A DNA stretch of 64,000 bases, from NCBI GenBank assembly GCA_041667115.1, contig JBAYFO010000008.1:4823-68822 (forward strand), given 5' to 3'. Positions 10,264 through 20,471 of this stretch are shown in pieces. The notes under the pieces are model-generated. The model saw nothing but the letters and a program-made list of their open reading frames with translations. It ran no database searches and was not told where the DNA came from. This DNA comes from Ignavibacteriaceae bacterium (GTDB taxonomy: Bacteria; Bacteroidota; Ignavibacteria; Ignavibacteriales; Ignavibacteriaceae). Position 1 is the stretch's first letter. Each line of letters starts with the position of its first letter. Both the position numbers and the translations under genes were made by a program.

Positions 10264-10944
10264 CTATTTTGCAATTACCAATTTTTTTGTCTCAACAAAA
10301 TTTCCCGCCCGAAGTTGGTAGAAATATACGCCACTAGGTAGTGTGTGGGTAGTTAGTTGAAGGTGGCTAGTCGCATCAAATTTAACGGAATGATCTCCAG
10401 CGCTTTGTTCTTCATCAACTAAGATTGCAACTTTATTCCCGATGAGATCATAAATAATTAAACTGACTTTACTGTTTACTGATAACCGATAGCTGATAAC
10501 TGTAGAGGGATTAAATGGATTTGGAAAATTTTGTTTTAAAGAGAAACCTGATGGCGGCTGAACCTCACTCTTAAGTTGTGTAATTGTTGAGATTGGAATC
10601 GAATCGGAATATTTATTTTTTCCATCGGTATCGATTTGTTTCAAACGATAAAAATAGACTGAACTCTGCAAATCTGTTGAATCTTCAAAGAAATAATTTT
10701 TCGGTGAATAACTTGTTCCGCTGCCGGATACAAACCCGGTAGTAATCCATGTTGTTTGGGGCATTCTTCGTTCAACTTCGAAACCGACATTGTTAATTTC
10801 AGTAGCCGTTCCCCAAAACAATATTACTTTCCCATCGGTAAAGGAACCTTCAAAATAAACGAGCTCAACCGGTAACGTTCCGGCTGGCTTTTGAGCAAAT
10901 AATGCTAAAGAAAACAAGAGAATAAAAACTATAAATAATTTCAT
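10264..10944 (-). CDS. T9SS type A C-terminal sorting-domain protein
   Basis: Signal peptide; LPVEL..F..WGTATEINNVGFEVER module; C-terminal NFPNPFNPST...GVYFYQL...KKLVIAK sorting domain; start overlaps the stop of the upstream gene. Confidence 0.75.
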   Translation of the reverse strand: MKLFIVFILLFSLALFAQKPAGTLPVELVYFEGSFTDGKVILFWGTATEINNVGFEVERRMPQTTWITTGFVSGSGTSYSPKNYFFEDSTDLQSSVYFYRLKQIDTDGKNKYSDSIPISTITQLKSEVQPPSGFSLKQNFPNPFNPSTVISYRLSVNSKVSLIIYDLIGNKVAILVDEEQSAGDHSVKFDATSHLQLTTHTLPSGVYFYQLRAGNFVETKKLVIAK

Positions 10945-13900
10945 TTTACTATTGCAAGTTTTTGTGTAACTGATTCTGATTTCCCATTCTTTTTTACAAT
11001 CACTTTATATAAATAAACACCGTTTGCTAAAGAGTTTCCGTCCTGGTCTTTAGTATCCCAGTAAATACGGTTGAAATCTATATTGAGTTCGGACGACGAT
11101 TTTTTTATTTCTTTTACTAAGCGTCCGGCAATCGTATAAATTCTAATTGTAAGTTCTTCGGGCACCTGCGGAAGTTTAAAGGTGAAATGCGTATTCTCTT
11201 TAATTGGGTTGGGATAATTGTAGCAGTTCATAATTGCTAAGTCACTTGAAACTACAAACACGCGTTCAAATCCAGGTTGATTATCTAACTTTCCGTAAAC
11301 GTTGTTCCCAAATATTTTGAATTGATGTTCGCCGTTGTCCAATGATGGATTAACCTCGAAAGTCAAAGTTCTGTTCGCTGAATCATTTTTAATATTCAAT
11401 TGATCAAAGGGTATCTTCTGATTATCAAGCAGCAAAGAAAGCGAGGATGTGTCACTTACGGAAAACCATGTCGGGTATTTTAGATCAACTTTTATATTGG
11501 GATTGCTTGAAACAAAATCGCCGTTAAGAATTTCCGTATTATCAAAAGTTACACTTACGGTTGAAGCGGAAACCGAAACAACATTCGTATCGGGTTTAGT
11601 ATAAAACGGAATAGTGAATTCATTATTGTCTTTGTATAACTCTCGGACGTGATTCTCGGGATCAATTTTTATTTTGAATCCCATATTTCCTTTGCCGTCA
11701 GTTTTATTGGTCATATAATTAAGAGTAAATAATGTTCGCTGCATCGTGTCAAGTGACGCGATCACCGTATCGAGTAACTGCCGCGAAGAATTATCCTCTT
11801 TCATTACATCAACCAGCACTTTAAAACTATCGGCAGATGATTCTCCTATATTATAAACATAAAACTTCAAGTCAAGACTGTCACCTTGAATAACCGTATC
11901 ACGTGAGACGGATACAACTTGATAATTTGTGGCAAGCTCGGGAAGCGTTTGAAACTTTACGCTGATACTCGATAAATTAGGCGAGACGGAATCTGAATCA
12001 GTTCTGAACTCTGATAAAACTTTAATCTTCGGATAAATGTTTGCATCTATGGAACCTAAGTTTGCTACATTATTTATTACTGACAAAGCATTTAAAGTAT
12101 CAATCGTTCCATCATCCCTTATTCCTAAAGGGCGGTATGAACTAATGAGTTGATTACTGTTTAATTGTTCGATGGAAAGGGAATCCCATTTCCCAACCGG
12201 TCCAATTTCTGAAGTTAAAAGTCGACCATTTTTGTTTGGTACATAATAGGTTGAGTTGATGGCCACGCTCCCCTGGGTTGGTTTGGAAAAAGCTTCCGGG
12301 ACGGAGCCCGGAGTCGCTCCTTTTTTCCCAATAATTGCCCATGAGCCCCGGAATTCAAGACTATCGATATAAATACTGCCAAGACTTTTTATTTGACTTT
12401 TTAATGCGGTAGAAGAAACACTTCCTTCGTCCGAGACAGCAATAACAACAATGTCTTTGTCGGAAAGTGTATTAAGAAAATTAATATAATTATTTATTTC
12501 TGTCGTTCCACCACCAAATACATCAAAGCGTCTGTAAGAGATAAATTCAAAACTACTGTCATCAAATAAACAGACATGGTGTCCACGTAATGTGTTTTCC
12601 GGAATATAATTTTTAGAATTTTTCTGAATTGAAGCTGAATTTCCGTCGCTGAATCCAGCCGAAGTAGCAGAAAAAACTGTCGTGATTGAATCAAACAATA
12701 TACTTTTGTTCAGATACTGTAAATTTGTTAAAGTAGATTTGGAAAAGGAAAGACTATCACTTAAGAAATATTTATTGTCATTCGTTTTAATAAATGAAAA
12801 AGAAGAACCAAACTGTTCATTCCCTGAAGTCTTTGTCCTCGCCCAATAGCGTGTTTCTTTTTGAAGATTCGCCGTACTTAATGAAGTGAAGAGAGTATCT
12901 AATGATTTGTTGACTACCTGGCTGTTCTCGAAGGAATCATTAGTTGCAAAGTCTATTTCCAAAGAATCGCTTTGCTGTTTACTGGCTGGATTAATCAAAC
13001 GCAGAAGATCACCTAATCCGTTTTCAACCGGCTGAGTAACCATCGTCTTGATTGTCGATCCGACAACTAAATATTTAATCGAAACGGAATTGTCAACTTC
13101 TGACAATTCGTCAACCGAATTATTTGCATCAAGATGGATCGAAAAAGTATGTTCTCCCGGCTTCTTTCGGATTGGTATTGAAATCTTCATAGAATCAGAA
13201 AAATTCGGCAGGGATTTAATTACTGAAAAACTAAAATTATTTGTATCTGCTATGGCATCATTCATCACAATCGAAAAAGAATCATTCGTTACTTTACCAT
13301 AATTGTAATAATTAAGAGATACAGATAAAGAGTCCATAAGATCTGAAGGATTGGTGGAATTTATGTGAATATCAGAAGCGGTGATGGATAAATTCGGTTT
13401 CTTGGGAATTGGAAGTTGTACTATTGGATCTCCAATCAGCGTATTCGTTAACGCGAATAATTGATACACTCCGGTATTCCCATAAGTTTGAAGCATCTTC
13501 AATTTTGCAAGTTTTAAAGCTTCACTTATCGTAGTGACCGAATCTTTCAAAACTTTCTCATAGAACAACTTGGGACCTAATAATGAAGTGGACAGAAATC
13601 CTAGCGATGAGTTTCCAATATAAGCGATTGCTTCTCCTTCATTTGAAACAACAAAAAGCTGCGAGAAGGAAGTAACATCGGGTTCTCCAAACCGTGCGGT
13701 TGAACATCCAAAATCAGTAATTAATGGACTCCCGAAGCCTTTACTTTTAAGCTGTGTAGGGGTTGTAATTGAATTATCCCATGTTTGGGTTCCGCTATGT
13801 CCTAAATATGAAATAAAAACCGATCCTTCATCAATTGTTTTCTGAAATTCAGCTTCTGAATAAGGTCCGAAATTTGTATTCGGGTTAATAGTTTTATAAA

Positions 13901-16259
13901 AATGTTTAAAGTTTCCTCCAATGGGTGGAGGTGAAACAAAATTATCTATTACATAATTGTTTACTTCACGAAGTTGATCCAACTGGCTCTGATTATCTCC
14001 AGTTCCACCTGAAAAGAAGATATATCGTTTATTCCAACTATCAGAAGCACGGGAAACATAGTTGATGTGTTTTGTCATGTAATAAGTTAATTCTTGTTCG
14101 GAGGTTACCGGTATTCTTCCAATATTCATCTGCGGGATATAAGCGCCGGTAGTATCCCACGTTACAAACCAATTGTCGCTTACCGAAGCCCCGAAAGATG
14201 GGACGAAATTGTATTTTGGCGGGGTATTCATATATTTGGTTTTATCGCCATGATAGTCATAGGTAGCTCCGCCAATTAAACAGACGTATTTTGGTAAAGG
14301 GGTTTGCCAATTGTTATGCGTGGATATTAAAAAATCTCGTATAGCTTCCGGATTAAAATAACCGTAGGAGAATTCATCATAAATATCATCAACATCAATT
14401 ACTTTCGCTGTAACGTTATAGCTGTTTGAAATAAATGAAGTGTAATCATTTGTCTTGTTGAGAAAATTTTTATGTGTAATTGCAAGATAATCAGCTTGAG
14501 TTTGGAGGTTCCTTAAATTCACAAATTTTTTCGCATAGTATAACATTGGTTCTGAAACGCTACTTGCATTGATAAGAATAAATTTATCCTGGCTCGTTAA
14601 CGTATCAAAGAAAACGATTTCATTATTATTTCTAAGCAACTGATATTTTTTATTTACCTTTCCATATCTCCAAATAATAATTGAATCGGAAGAAACATTA
14701 GTAATTTTTATTCCCTTGGCAGCCGGTATCGATTCAATAAACGGGAAGGAAAATATCAAAGAATCATTATAAGTACGTAACCACCTTGGATATTCAACTT
14801 CGTACCAATCGAAAATACAAAGGTTAGGTGATGAAGTAGTTGGAAAAGAGTAAATCTTGAGTGTGTTATCCCCATTTGACAGAATACTCGAGTTATATAC
14901 TCCTTTAAGTACTTTCCGGCTGTATTTGTCAATAAATCCTGAATCTTGTAATGCTGAAGAGTTAACTGAAATTGCAAGAAGGTGGGCATTTTGGTTAATG
15001 CTTGAAGCATAACTTTGCTGCTTTGAGAAAACATAAAATGGTTTATCGGGATAAACATCGGAAACAATAAAAGGTGAATTTCTTGTTCCCACTCCTAAAT
15101 TTCCTTCATGCCAGGTTTTATTTTCATACCAATTTGGCATTTCTCTTCTTACCTGATCTGCCATTGAAAAATCAAACCAATTATTTTTTTCGTAATGAAC
15201 AATTTCATGATAATATTTCAAAGTATCGGAGGTTTGTCCAGGGTTTCCATTGCTTGCGGTTTGAACACGTAACCCTTCCATTCCTCCCCATGTCAACCAA
15301 TATATTGTCGTATCAGAGTAGCGGTCCAAGTATTCATTATAAGGTTCACCATATTGGTTTACTTCGCGATGTTTTCCTCCCATGTTTCGTTCTCCCACAA
15401 ACTCAATAAAATCTTCCGAATCGAAGACATTATCATCTTCTCCTTTTACATAAATAGGGACTTCAATCCCTTTTTTATAGAGCTTTAAAGTTTTAGGAAT
15501 GATAGAAGATAAATTTAAATATGGACTCAGATCATTATAAGTCAGGTGGTAAATAGCGTCTTTGCTCACACCGATTTTTAGGTAAGTAGCATTATAATCA
15601 ATCCATTTATCAGAGGAATCGCTCCTTCTAAGATTATACCGCACCAATTTAGTATCGTTAAAGTTGATTTTACTTTCGGAAAAAGAATTTAAATTATTTT
15701 GAGTGTTGAATGTTGAGGCAATACTAACGGGATAAATAATTTCCAAATGAAATTTCACAACTCTCCGGACAGAACGTTTCGCAGGTTCGAAGAGGAATGG
15801 TGAAATTGAAAGATGAAGATAACTTTTTCCATCTTTTACTAATTGTCCGTTTACAATTAAGAATTTTGAATTATAAGATTTGGGAAGCGAAGTATTATAT
15901 TCGTAATGAATTTTTTTCTGATTATCAACAGTAATCGTTGGATTAACTTCCGGAATGGCTTCCAAAACTTCTTCACGATCAATGACGAATTGAACTTGAG
16001 GATTTGTGTTTGCGGCAATAGGAATAAAAATAGTTGCTGCAGGCAGATTAAATTGGTTTGGTTTTGATTCATCCAACGGGAAATCGAACTGTAATCTCTT
16101 TTGTCCGGAAGCTGGTGAGATGTGAAAGTTAAAATCATTTTGATAATAAAGGATATGCTTGTTTCCCTTCACATTTTCAGATGTAAGGGAGACTTGAGAC
16201 AGAATATTAAAACTGTAATTATAAAGAAATAAAATTATTAATAAGTATTGTTTCTTCAT
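10941..16259 (-). CDS. very large C25-family (gingipain/PorU-like) cysteine peptidase with CARDB-like repeats and a T9SS C-terminal sorting domain
   Basis: Catalytic-type motifs YLGHSGTQTW (His) and TDFGCSTARF (Cys); CARDB-like ends (DANNSVDELSEVDN, DPENHVRELYKDNNE); C-terminus YPNPIKE...NGVYLYKVIV...KLAIVK. Confidence 0.8.
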   Translation of the reverse strand: MKKQYLLIILFLYNYSFNILSQVSLTSENVKGNKHILYYQNDFNFHISPASGQKRLQFDFPLDESKPNQFNLPAATIFIPIAANTNPQVQFVIDREEVLEAIPEVNPTITVDNQKKIHYEYNTSLPKSYNSKFLIVNGQLVKDGKSYLHLSISPFLFEPAKRSVRRVVKFHLEIIYPVSIASTFNTQNNLNSFSESKINFNDTKLVRYNLRRSDSSDKWIDYNATYLKIGVSKDAIYHLTYNDLSPYLNLSSIIPKTLKLYKKGIEVPIYVKGEDDNVFDSEDFIEFVGERNMGGKHREVNQYGEPYNEYLDRYSDTTIYWLTWGGMEGLRVQTASNGNPGQTSDTLKYYHEIVHYEKNNWFDFSMADQVRREMPNWYENKTWHEGNLGVGTRNSPFIVSDVYPDKPFYVFSKQQSYASSINQNAHLLAISVNSSALQDSGFIDKYSRKVLKGVYNSSILSNGDNTLKIYSFPTTSSPNLCIFDWYEVEYPRWLRTYNDSLIFSFPFIESIPAAKGIKITNVSSDSIIIWRYGKVNKKYQLLRNNNEIVFFDTLTSQDKFILINASSVSEPMLYYAKKFVNLRNLQTQADYLAITHKNFLNKTNDYTSFISNSYNVTAKVIDVDDIYDEFSYGYFNPEAIRDFLISTHNNWQTPLPKYVCLIGGATYDYHGDKTKYMNTPPKYNFVPSFGASVSDNWFVTWDTTGAYIPQMNIGRIPVTSEQELTYYMTKHINYVSRASDSWNKRYIFFSGGTGDNQSQLDQLREVNNYVIDNFVSPPPIGGNFKHFYKTINPNTNFGPYSEAEFQKTIDEGSVFISYLGHSGTQTWDNSITTPTQLKSKGFGSPLITDFGCSTARFGEPDVTSFSQLFVVSNEGEAIAYIGNSSLGFLSTSLLGPKLFYEKVLKDSVTTISEALKLAKLKMLQTYGNTGVYQLFALTNTLIGDPIVQLPIPKKPNLSITASDIHINSTNPSDLMDSLSVSLNYYNYGKVTNDSFSIVMNDAIADTNNFSFSVIKSLPNFSDSMKISIPIRKKPGEHTFSIHLDANNSVDELSEVDNSVSIKYLVVGSTIKTMVTQPVENGLGDLLRLINPASKQQSDSLEIDFATNDSFENSQVVNKSLDTLFTSLSTANLQKETRYWARTKTSGNEQFGSSFSFIKTNDNKYFLSDSLSFSKSTLTNLQYLNKSILFDSITTVFSATSAGFSDGNSASIQKNSKNYIPENTLRGHHVCLFDDSSFEFISYRRFDVFGGGTTEINNYINFLNTLSDKDIVVIAVSDEGSVSSTALKSQIKSLGSIYIDSLEFRGSWAIIGKKGATPGSVPEAFSKPTQGSVAINSTYYVPNKNGRLLTSEIGPVGKWDSLSIEQLNSNQLISSYRPLGIRDDGTIDTLNALSVINNVANLGSIDANIYPKIKVLSEFRTDSDSVSPNLSSISVKFQTLPELATNYQVVSVSRDTVIQGDSLDLKFYVYNIGESSADSFKVLVDVMKEDNSSRQLLDTVIASLDTMQRTLFTLNYMTNKTDGKGNMGFKIKIDPENHVRELYKDNNEFTIPFYTKPDTNVVSVSASTVSVTFDNTEILNGDFVSSNPNIKVDLKYPTWFSVSDTSSLSLLLDNQKIPFDQLNIKNDSANRTLTFEVNPSLDNGEHQFKIFGNNVYGKLDNQPGFERVFVVSSDLAIMNCYNYPNPIKENTHFTFKLPQVPEELTIRIYTIAGRLVKEIKKSSSELNIDFNRIYWDTKDQDGNSLANGVYLYKVIVKKNGKSESVTQKLAIVK

Positions 16260-16306
16260 TGCTTAGATCGAGGATGTAGTTTATTGATCAAAATTGAACC
16301 TTACAA

Positions 16307-17047
16307 ATGTATATAAACGAAATTAAAATAAATAATATAAAAGACGTTGGTTTGTTTAAGAAAGAACTGGAGTTTCTGTTAAGCGAACGAAAGACAAACT
16401 TAATAGTAACATTTAATTTAGATTTTTTGAGAATCTCGGCAGAAAATAACACATTCAAAGATGTTTGTAAAAACGCACAAATTGTACTGGCGGATGGAGT
16501 TGGAATTACTTCTCTTCTCAAACTAAAATATGGGATATCTCTTCATCGATTAACGGGGAATGATTTATTTCAAGTACTTTTAGAAATTGCCAACGATAAA
16601 AAGTTAAGGTTAGCTTTGGTAGGTTCTACCACAAAATCGTTAGAGGTTTTGGGAATCAAATTGGGAAAAACTTTTCCTAACATCTCATTACTAACAATCT
16701 CTCCTCCGTTTTTATTTGAAACAGAAGAATCAACTAACAATAAAGTTATTGACGAATTGAAAAACTTCCAACCGGATATTTTAATTGCGGCATTAGGATG
16801 TCCAAGGCAAGAAATCTGGCTTTCTGAAAATATGAATACAATAAACGCAAGAATAAATGTTGGTGTTGGTGCAGCGCTAGATTTTTATTCTGGAATGAAA
16901 AAAAGAGCCCCTGTATTCCTGCAAAAAATTGGACTCGAGTGGGTATGGAGACTATTTTCAGAACCGAATAGATTAGTTAAAAGATATGTTTTTCTTGATC
17001 TTCCTTTTTTTATAAGATTAATTATAAAAGGGAGAAATATATTTTGA
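16307..17047 (+). CDS. WecB/TagA/CpsF-family glycosyltransferase
   Basis: LADGVGI, ALGCPRQEIW, GVGAALDF.SG...RAP...GLEW.WRL..EP.R...RY motifs. Confidence 0.8.
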   Translation: MYINEIKINNIKDVGLFKKELEFLLSERKTNLIVTFNLDFLRISAENNTFKDVCKNAQIVLADGVGITSLLKLKYGISLHRLTGNDLFQVLLEIANDKKLRLALVGSTTKSLEVLGIKLGKTFPNISLLTISPPFLFETEESTNNKVIDELKNFQPDILIAALGCPRQEIWLSENMNTINARINVGVGAALDFYSGMKKRAPVFLQKIGLEWVWRLFSEPNRLVKRYVFLDLPFFIRLIIKGRNIF

Positions 17048-17223
17048 GCGCCCACCGATTTTAATTCCTTATCGAAGTTAAGGTTTGGTGCATTTCATAT
17101 TATTGTTTTTATAACTTCCCGAAGAGGAAATCTTATCAATAAAAAACTGACCCATTCAGTGTTCCTTGTTCTTTATTTGATATTCTTTTTTCTTCAGACA
17201 AAGTCGAGTTCTGGAATTCAGTA

Positions 17224-18060
17224 TTAATAAATCGGATCCATCCCGTATTTACCGCAAGCGTACATCATCAACAAGGCGGAAAGATCAACAAGCGCTTTTT
17301 TCTGGTCGTCAATATAAATTACGAGGTCGTAGACTTCTGCAACAAAACTTAAATTCTTTAATACTTTTCTTAATTCCTGGTACGTTGGAGTACCGTGCCA
17401 GTTAGCGGTTTCGTGCACGAGGATTTTTTCATAACGGCGTAAAAATTCGTTAAAGGAAATTGTCTTGTAACTATTTGGAAACTGGGGGCGGCAGATGGAA
17501 ATGAGATCATTAAAATAAGTGTCCCATTTTTCAGCAAGATTTTTATTCCGTTCGCGCATAACATAGCGGGCTTTTTCTAATGAGAAGTGAGCTTTTGTAG
17601 AAACTTTTAGCTTCGGTACAACCGCATATCCGTCGTAACTTCTTTCGTTGGTTTCCTCATCAAAGTATTTCCATCTTTTTAAAAGCTGCGTAGGAGTAGT
17701 AATGACGATTACTTTATCCAAGGCACTATCCACGACAATATATTTATTTTGCTGAAAAGTGATCACTGTAAACCAGTGTTCCCAATTGTCAACGCTTAGT
17801 ACGCAAGGATACCCATCTTTCAGATGTTCGTTTAAAACTTTTAAAGCTTCTTTGGGAATTTCGCGCCTGAAGTATTTCATTTTACAGTTGTAAGCTTTTG
17901 CAGCTTTTGCTAGTCCTATTTCATCAGTTCCGTACCACCAATTACTTCCGGCTTTTTTACCGATCTCATTTTCATTTTGGAATTGTCCAAGCATAACTAA
18001 GGCATATTTTAAGGCAAAAGGACCGCACTGATATTTGTAAGGTTGAGGATAGAAACTCAT
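17224..18060 (-). CDS. hypothetical protein with an N-terminal papain-like / C39-like cysteine peptidase signature
   Basis: Q-CGPFALKYAL (Cys), EHWFTV (His) and VVDSA (Asp) at the spacing seen in C39-type peptidases. The C-terminal 130 aa are unassigned. Confidence 0.45.
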   Translation of the reverse strand: MSFYPQPYKYQCGPFALKYALVMLGQFQNENEIGKKAGSNWWYGTDEIGLAKAAKAYNCKMKYFRREIPKEALKVLNEHLKDGYPCVLSVDNWEHWFTVITFQQNKYIVVDSALDKVIVITTPTQLLKRWKYFDEETNERSYDGYAVVPKLKVSTKAHFSLEKARYVMRERNKNLAEKWDTYFNDLISICRPQFPNSYKTISFNEFLRRYEKILVHETANWHGTPTYQELRKVLKNLSFVAEVYDLVIYIDDQKKALVDLSALLMMYACGKYGMDPIY

Positions 18061-18146
18061 AGACGCTGTTCTAAGTTTTTAATTATAAATTGTTTATCGT
18101 AAATTTAATTCAACAAAATGAATTTATCGAGATATATTTTATAAAG

Positions 18147-19244
18147 ATGAAGAAAAAACAGACCGTAGCCGTAATTTATAACGAACCTTCCCCCGAGTTG
18201 TACGTAAAACGAGACGTTCCAAATCTGGAAAAGCTCAATTTTATCCCCTATTTCGAGATTGAGGATAAAACCCCGATGGAGGAATATGAGGTATTTGCTC
18301 AAAAAATTGAAGCCCGTGGTTATAATTGCTATACGCTGAATTTGATGGATGACTTTCACTTGTTGATAAATAGGTTAACTGAGGACCGCCCCGATGTTAT
18401 TTTCAATTTTGTAGAGTTGTTCCATAACAATCCTAAACTTGAAATGAATGTGACTGGAATATTTGAGCTTTTGGAAATTCCTTTTACCGGAGCCCCGCCC
18501 TTGGCGCTGGCAAATTGTCAAAGCAAAGTATTTACAAAAAGGATGCTTTCTTCGTATGGAATAGCCACTCCGGAATTCCAGTTAATAAAAACTTTTTCTG
18601 AAAAATATAAACACTCACTCCGCTTTCCTATTATCGTAAAGCCTGCGTTTGAAGATGCCAGCGTAGGGATTGATTACAACGCCGTTGTTCATAATAAGGC
18701 GGAATTGAACGCAAAGATAAATTACATTTTCGGTGAATTTAAACAAGCCGCGTTAATTGAAGAATTTATAGACGGACGGGAATTAAACGTTGCGGTAATG
18801 GGAGATGAAAATCCGGTAGTGCTTCCTATCAGCGAGATAGATTTTTCAGCAATGCCCGATCATTTTCCGAATATTGTAAGTTACCAGGCAAAGTGGGATC
18901 CGCTTCACGAAGCATATCATAAAACAATTCCAATTTGTCCGTCGATACTGCCGAAGAAAATTCAGGCGAAAGCGGAAAAGATAGCGTTAACTGCTTTTAA
19001 GGCGATGGGTGTACGCGATTACGCACGGATTGATATGCGGCTTTCTAAAGATAATGAACTTTTTGTACTGGAAGTAAACCCGAATCCCGATTTAACTGAA
19101 GGGGCAGGGTTTATGCGTTCGGTAGAAGCTGCCGGAATTGAGTATGATGAAATGCTTGAGAAAATAATTCAATTTGCATTGTTGCGCGGGGAAAAATATA
19201 AGAACCATGGGAAGGTTATAAAAAAACCTTCGAAGAAAAATTAA
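18147..19244 (+). CDS. ATP-grasp enzyme of the D-alanine--D-alanine ligase family
   Basis: Start moved to MKKKQTVAVIYNEP (the listed TTG at 18090 is unlikely). Motifs PIIVKPAFEDASVGI, EEFIDGRELNV, ARIDMRL, LEVNPNP. Confidence 0.8.
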   Translation: MKKKQTVAVIYNEPSPELYVKRDVPNLEKLNFIPYFEIEDKTPMEEYEVFAQKIEARGYNCYTLNLMDDFHLLINRLTEDRPDVIFNFVELFHNNPKLEMNVTGIFELLEIPFTGAPPLALANCQSKVFTKRMLSSYGIATPEFQLIKTFSEKYKHSLRFPIIVKPAFEDASVGIDYNAVVHNKAELNAKINYIFGEFKQAALIEEFIDGRELNVAVMGDENPVVLPISEIDFSAMPDHFPNIVSYQAKWDPLHEAYHKTIPICPSILPKKIQAKAEKIALTAFKAMGVRDYARIDMRLSKDNELFVLEVNPNPDLTEGAGFMRSVEAAGIEYDEMLEKIIQFALLRGEKYKNHGKVIKKPSKKN

Positions 19245-19302
19245 TTTCTGCGAAGGTTTCTGAAAATATAAAAATCTCTTTTCTTCGGAAGTGTAAAGTA
19301 AA

Positions 19303-19728
19303 CTAAAATGCTGCGTCTACATCTGGAAACCTATTCCAGCTTCCAGTATACATATCAATAATTAATGGAATTCCTGCACAAAGCACATCAAGAAACGCCC
19401 AACCAAAGCCAATTTTAGGATAAAGGGAAACGATTTTTTCTTTATCCTGATATTTTAAGTGGAGGGTATAATATTTATTGTTCCTCAGAGAAATCGTCTT
19501 TGATGTTTTATCTATAAAAGATCCTCCATCTTTAGGAATAAGAATTCGAACCGTTTGTGTTTTTACAAAGATTTCAGCCCCATGCTGGTCGACCACACGA
19601 ATACTGTCAGGAGCATTGTTTAGTGTGATTGTATCTTCATACCCTTTTAACAAGGTTGCACAATTAAATGATAAAAAAGAAAATAAAACGAGCGCAACAT
19701 TTATAATAACTAAGCGTTTCATAAACAA
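19303..19728 (-). CDS. hypothetical lipoprotein, last gene of the B12-regulated operon
   Basis: Signal peptide with a lipobox-like FLSFNC; 12 nt after the DUF6580 gene. Confidence 0.5.
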   Translation of the reverse strand: MFMKRLVIINVALVLFSFLSFNCATLLKGYEDTITLNNAPDSIRVVDQHGAEIFVKTQTVRILIPKDGGSFIDKTSKTISLRNNKYYTLHLKYQDKEKIVSLYPKIGFGWAFLDVLCAGIPLIIDMYTGSWNRFPDVDAAF

Positions 19729-19740
19729 CCCTCAAATAAA

Positions 19741-20268
19741 TTAACGAACTTTTACCACCTGTGGCAATTTTACTTTCACCAATTCATAAACTCCAAAGAG
19801 CAGTCCTGTATAAAACAGATCGCCCAGCAAAGTATTCTGGAAGAAAGGGATCGCAGCGGTAAAGCAGAGCAGTAGCCCGGCTAAATCTTTTGTATAGAGC
19901 GTACCTAAAGCCCACATTCCAAAATTTGTTATTACAAAAAAGAGAATTGAAGAACCGACAGAGGCAAGCGCCACGGTTCCGACCGATTTTTTGTTCTTAA
20001 TAAGGAATCCGATTCCAACTATTAATATAAAACTGAGATAAACGGTTATCATTTGCGGATGCAAACCGATAACTAAATCAGAAAGAAACATTGCTAAAAC
20101 CGGAACGGCAAAAGCAAATTTCTTTTCATCAAAATAAACGGCGGCAAATAATGCCATCCCTGTTATTGGCGCAAAGTTTAACGGATGGGGAATCAACCTG
20201 CTGATCGCTGCAAGTAGAATCAATCCAGTTAATACAAAAAATTTATTTGAGAATATTTTTTCTTTCAT
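19741..20268 (-). CDS. DUF6580-like polytopic membrane protein (ECF S-component-like; putative corrinoid uptake component)
   Basis: 175 aa with about 6 TM helices and an RLIPHPLNFAPITGMALFAA motif; sits downstream of a riboswitch-controlled btuB. Confidence 0.55.
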   Translation of the reverse strand: MKEKIFSNKFFVLTGLILLAAISRLIPHPLNFAPITGMALFAAVYFDEKKFAFAVPVLAMFLSDLVIGLHPQMITVYLSFILIVGIGFLIKNKKSVGTVALASVGSSILFFVITNFGMWALGTLYTKDLAGLLLCFTAAIPFFQNTLLGDLFYTGLLFGVYELVKVKLPQVVKVR

Positions 20269-20356
20269 GAGAGTTCCTTTTCTTACTTGTTCAAAATTAC
20301 AAAAAAAAATGAAATGTTTAGTTAAAAATTTATTTTATCTGTTTCGTCATTAAATC

Positions 20357-20424
20357 GGAACGGTCTCGACCGTTCCCTACATTTTGAAACAAAAATATAT
20401 CGTAGGGAACGCTCGCGAGCGTTC
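20357..20424. repeat. REPIN-like doublet: two inverted GTAG-headed palindromes
   Basis: GGAACGGTCTCGACCGTTCCCTAC, a 11-nt spacer, then GTAGGGAACGCTCGCGAGCGTTC. Each arm is itself a perfect palindrome and the two GTAGGGAACG heads are inverted. Confidence 0.55.
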
Positions 20425-20471
20425 TGTTAAATTTTATAGAATGACTGATGACCATTGACTAATACCTATGT

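Noticed and set aside
12154-16138. Several 60-110-aa ORFs inside or antisense to the C25 peptidase gene, plus similar shadow ORFs within proS, sdhA, btuB, dacB and others.
   Set aside because: They are fully embedded in long, motif-supported genes, with no independent signals.
10941-16259. Calling this gene porU and 8866..10200 porV.
   Set aside because: Only the C25 dyad and the context support it. The size (1772 aa), the CARDB repeats and the intervening CTD gene differ from canonical PorU/PorV. It is reported as a hypothesis only.
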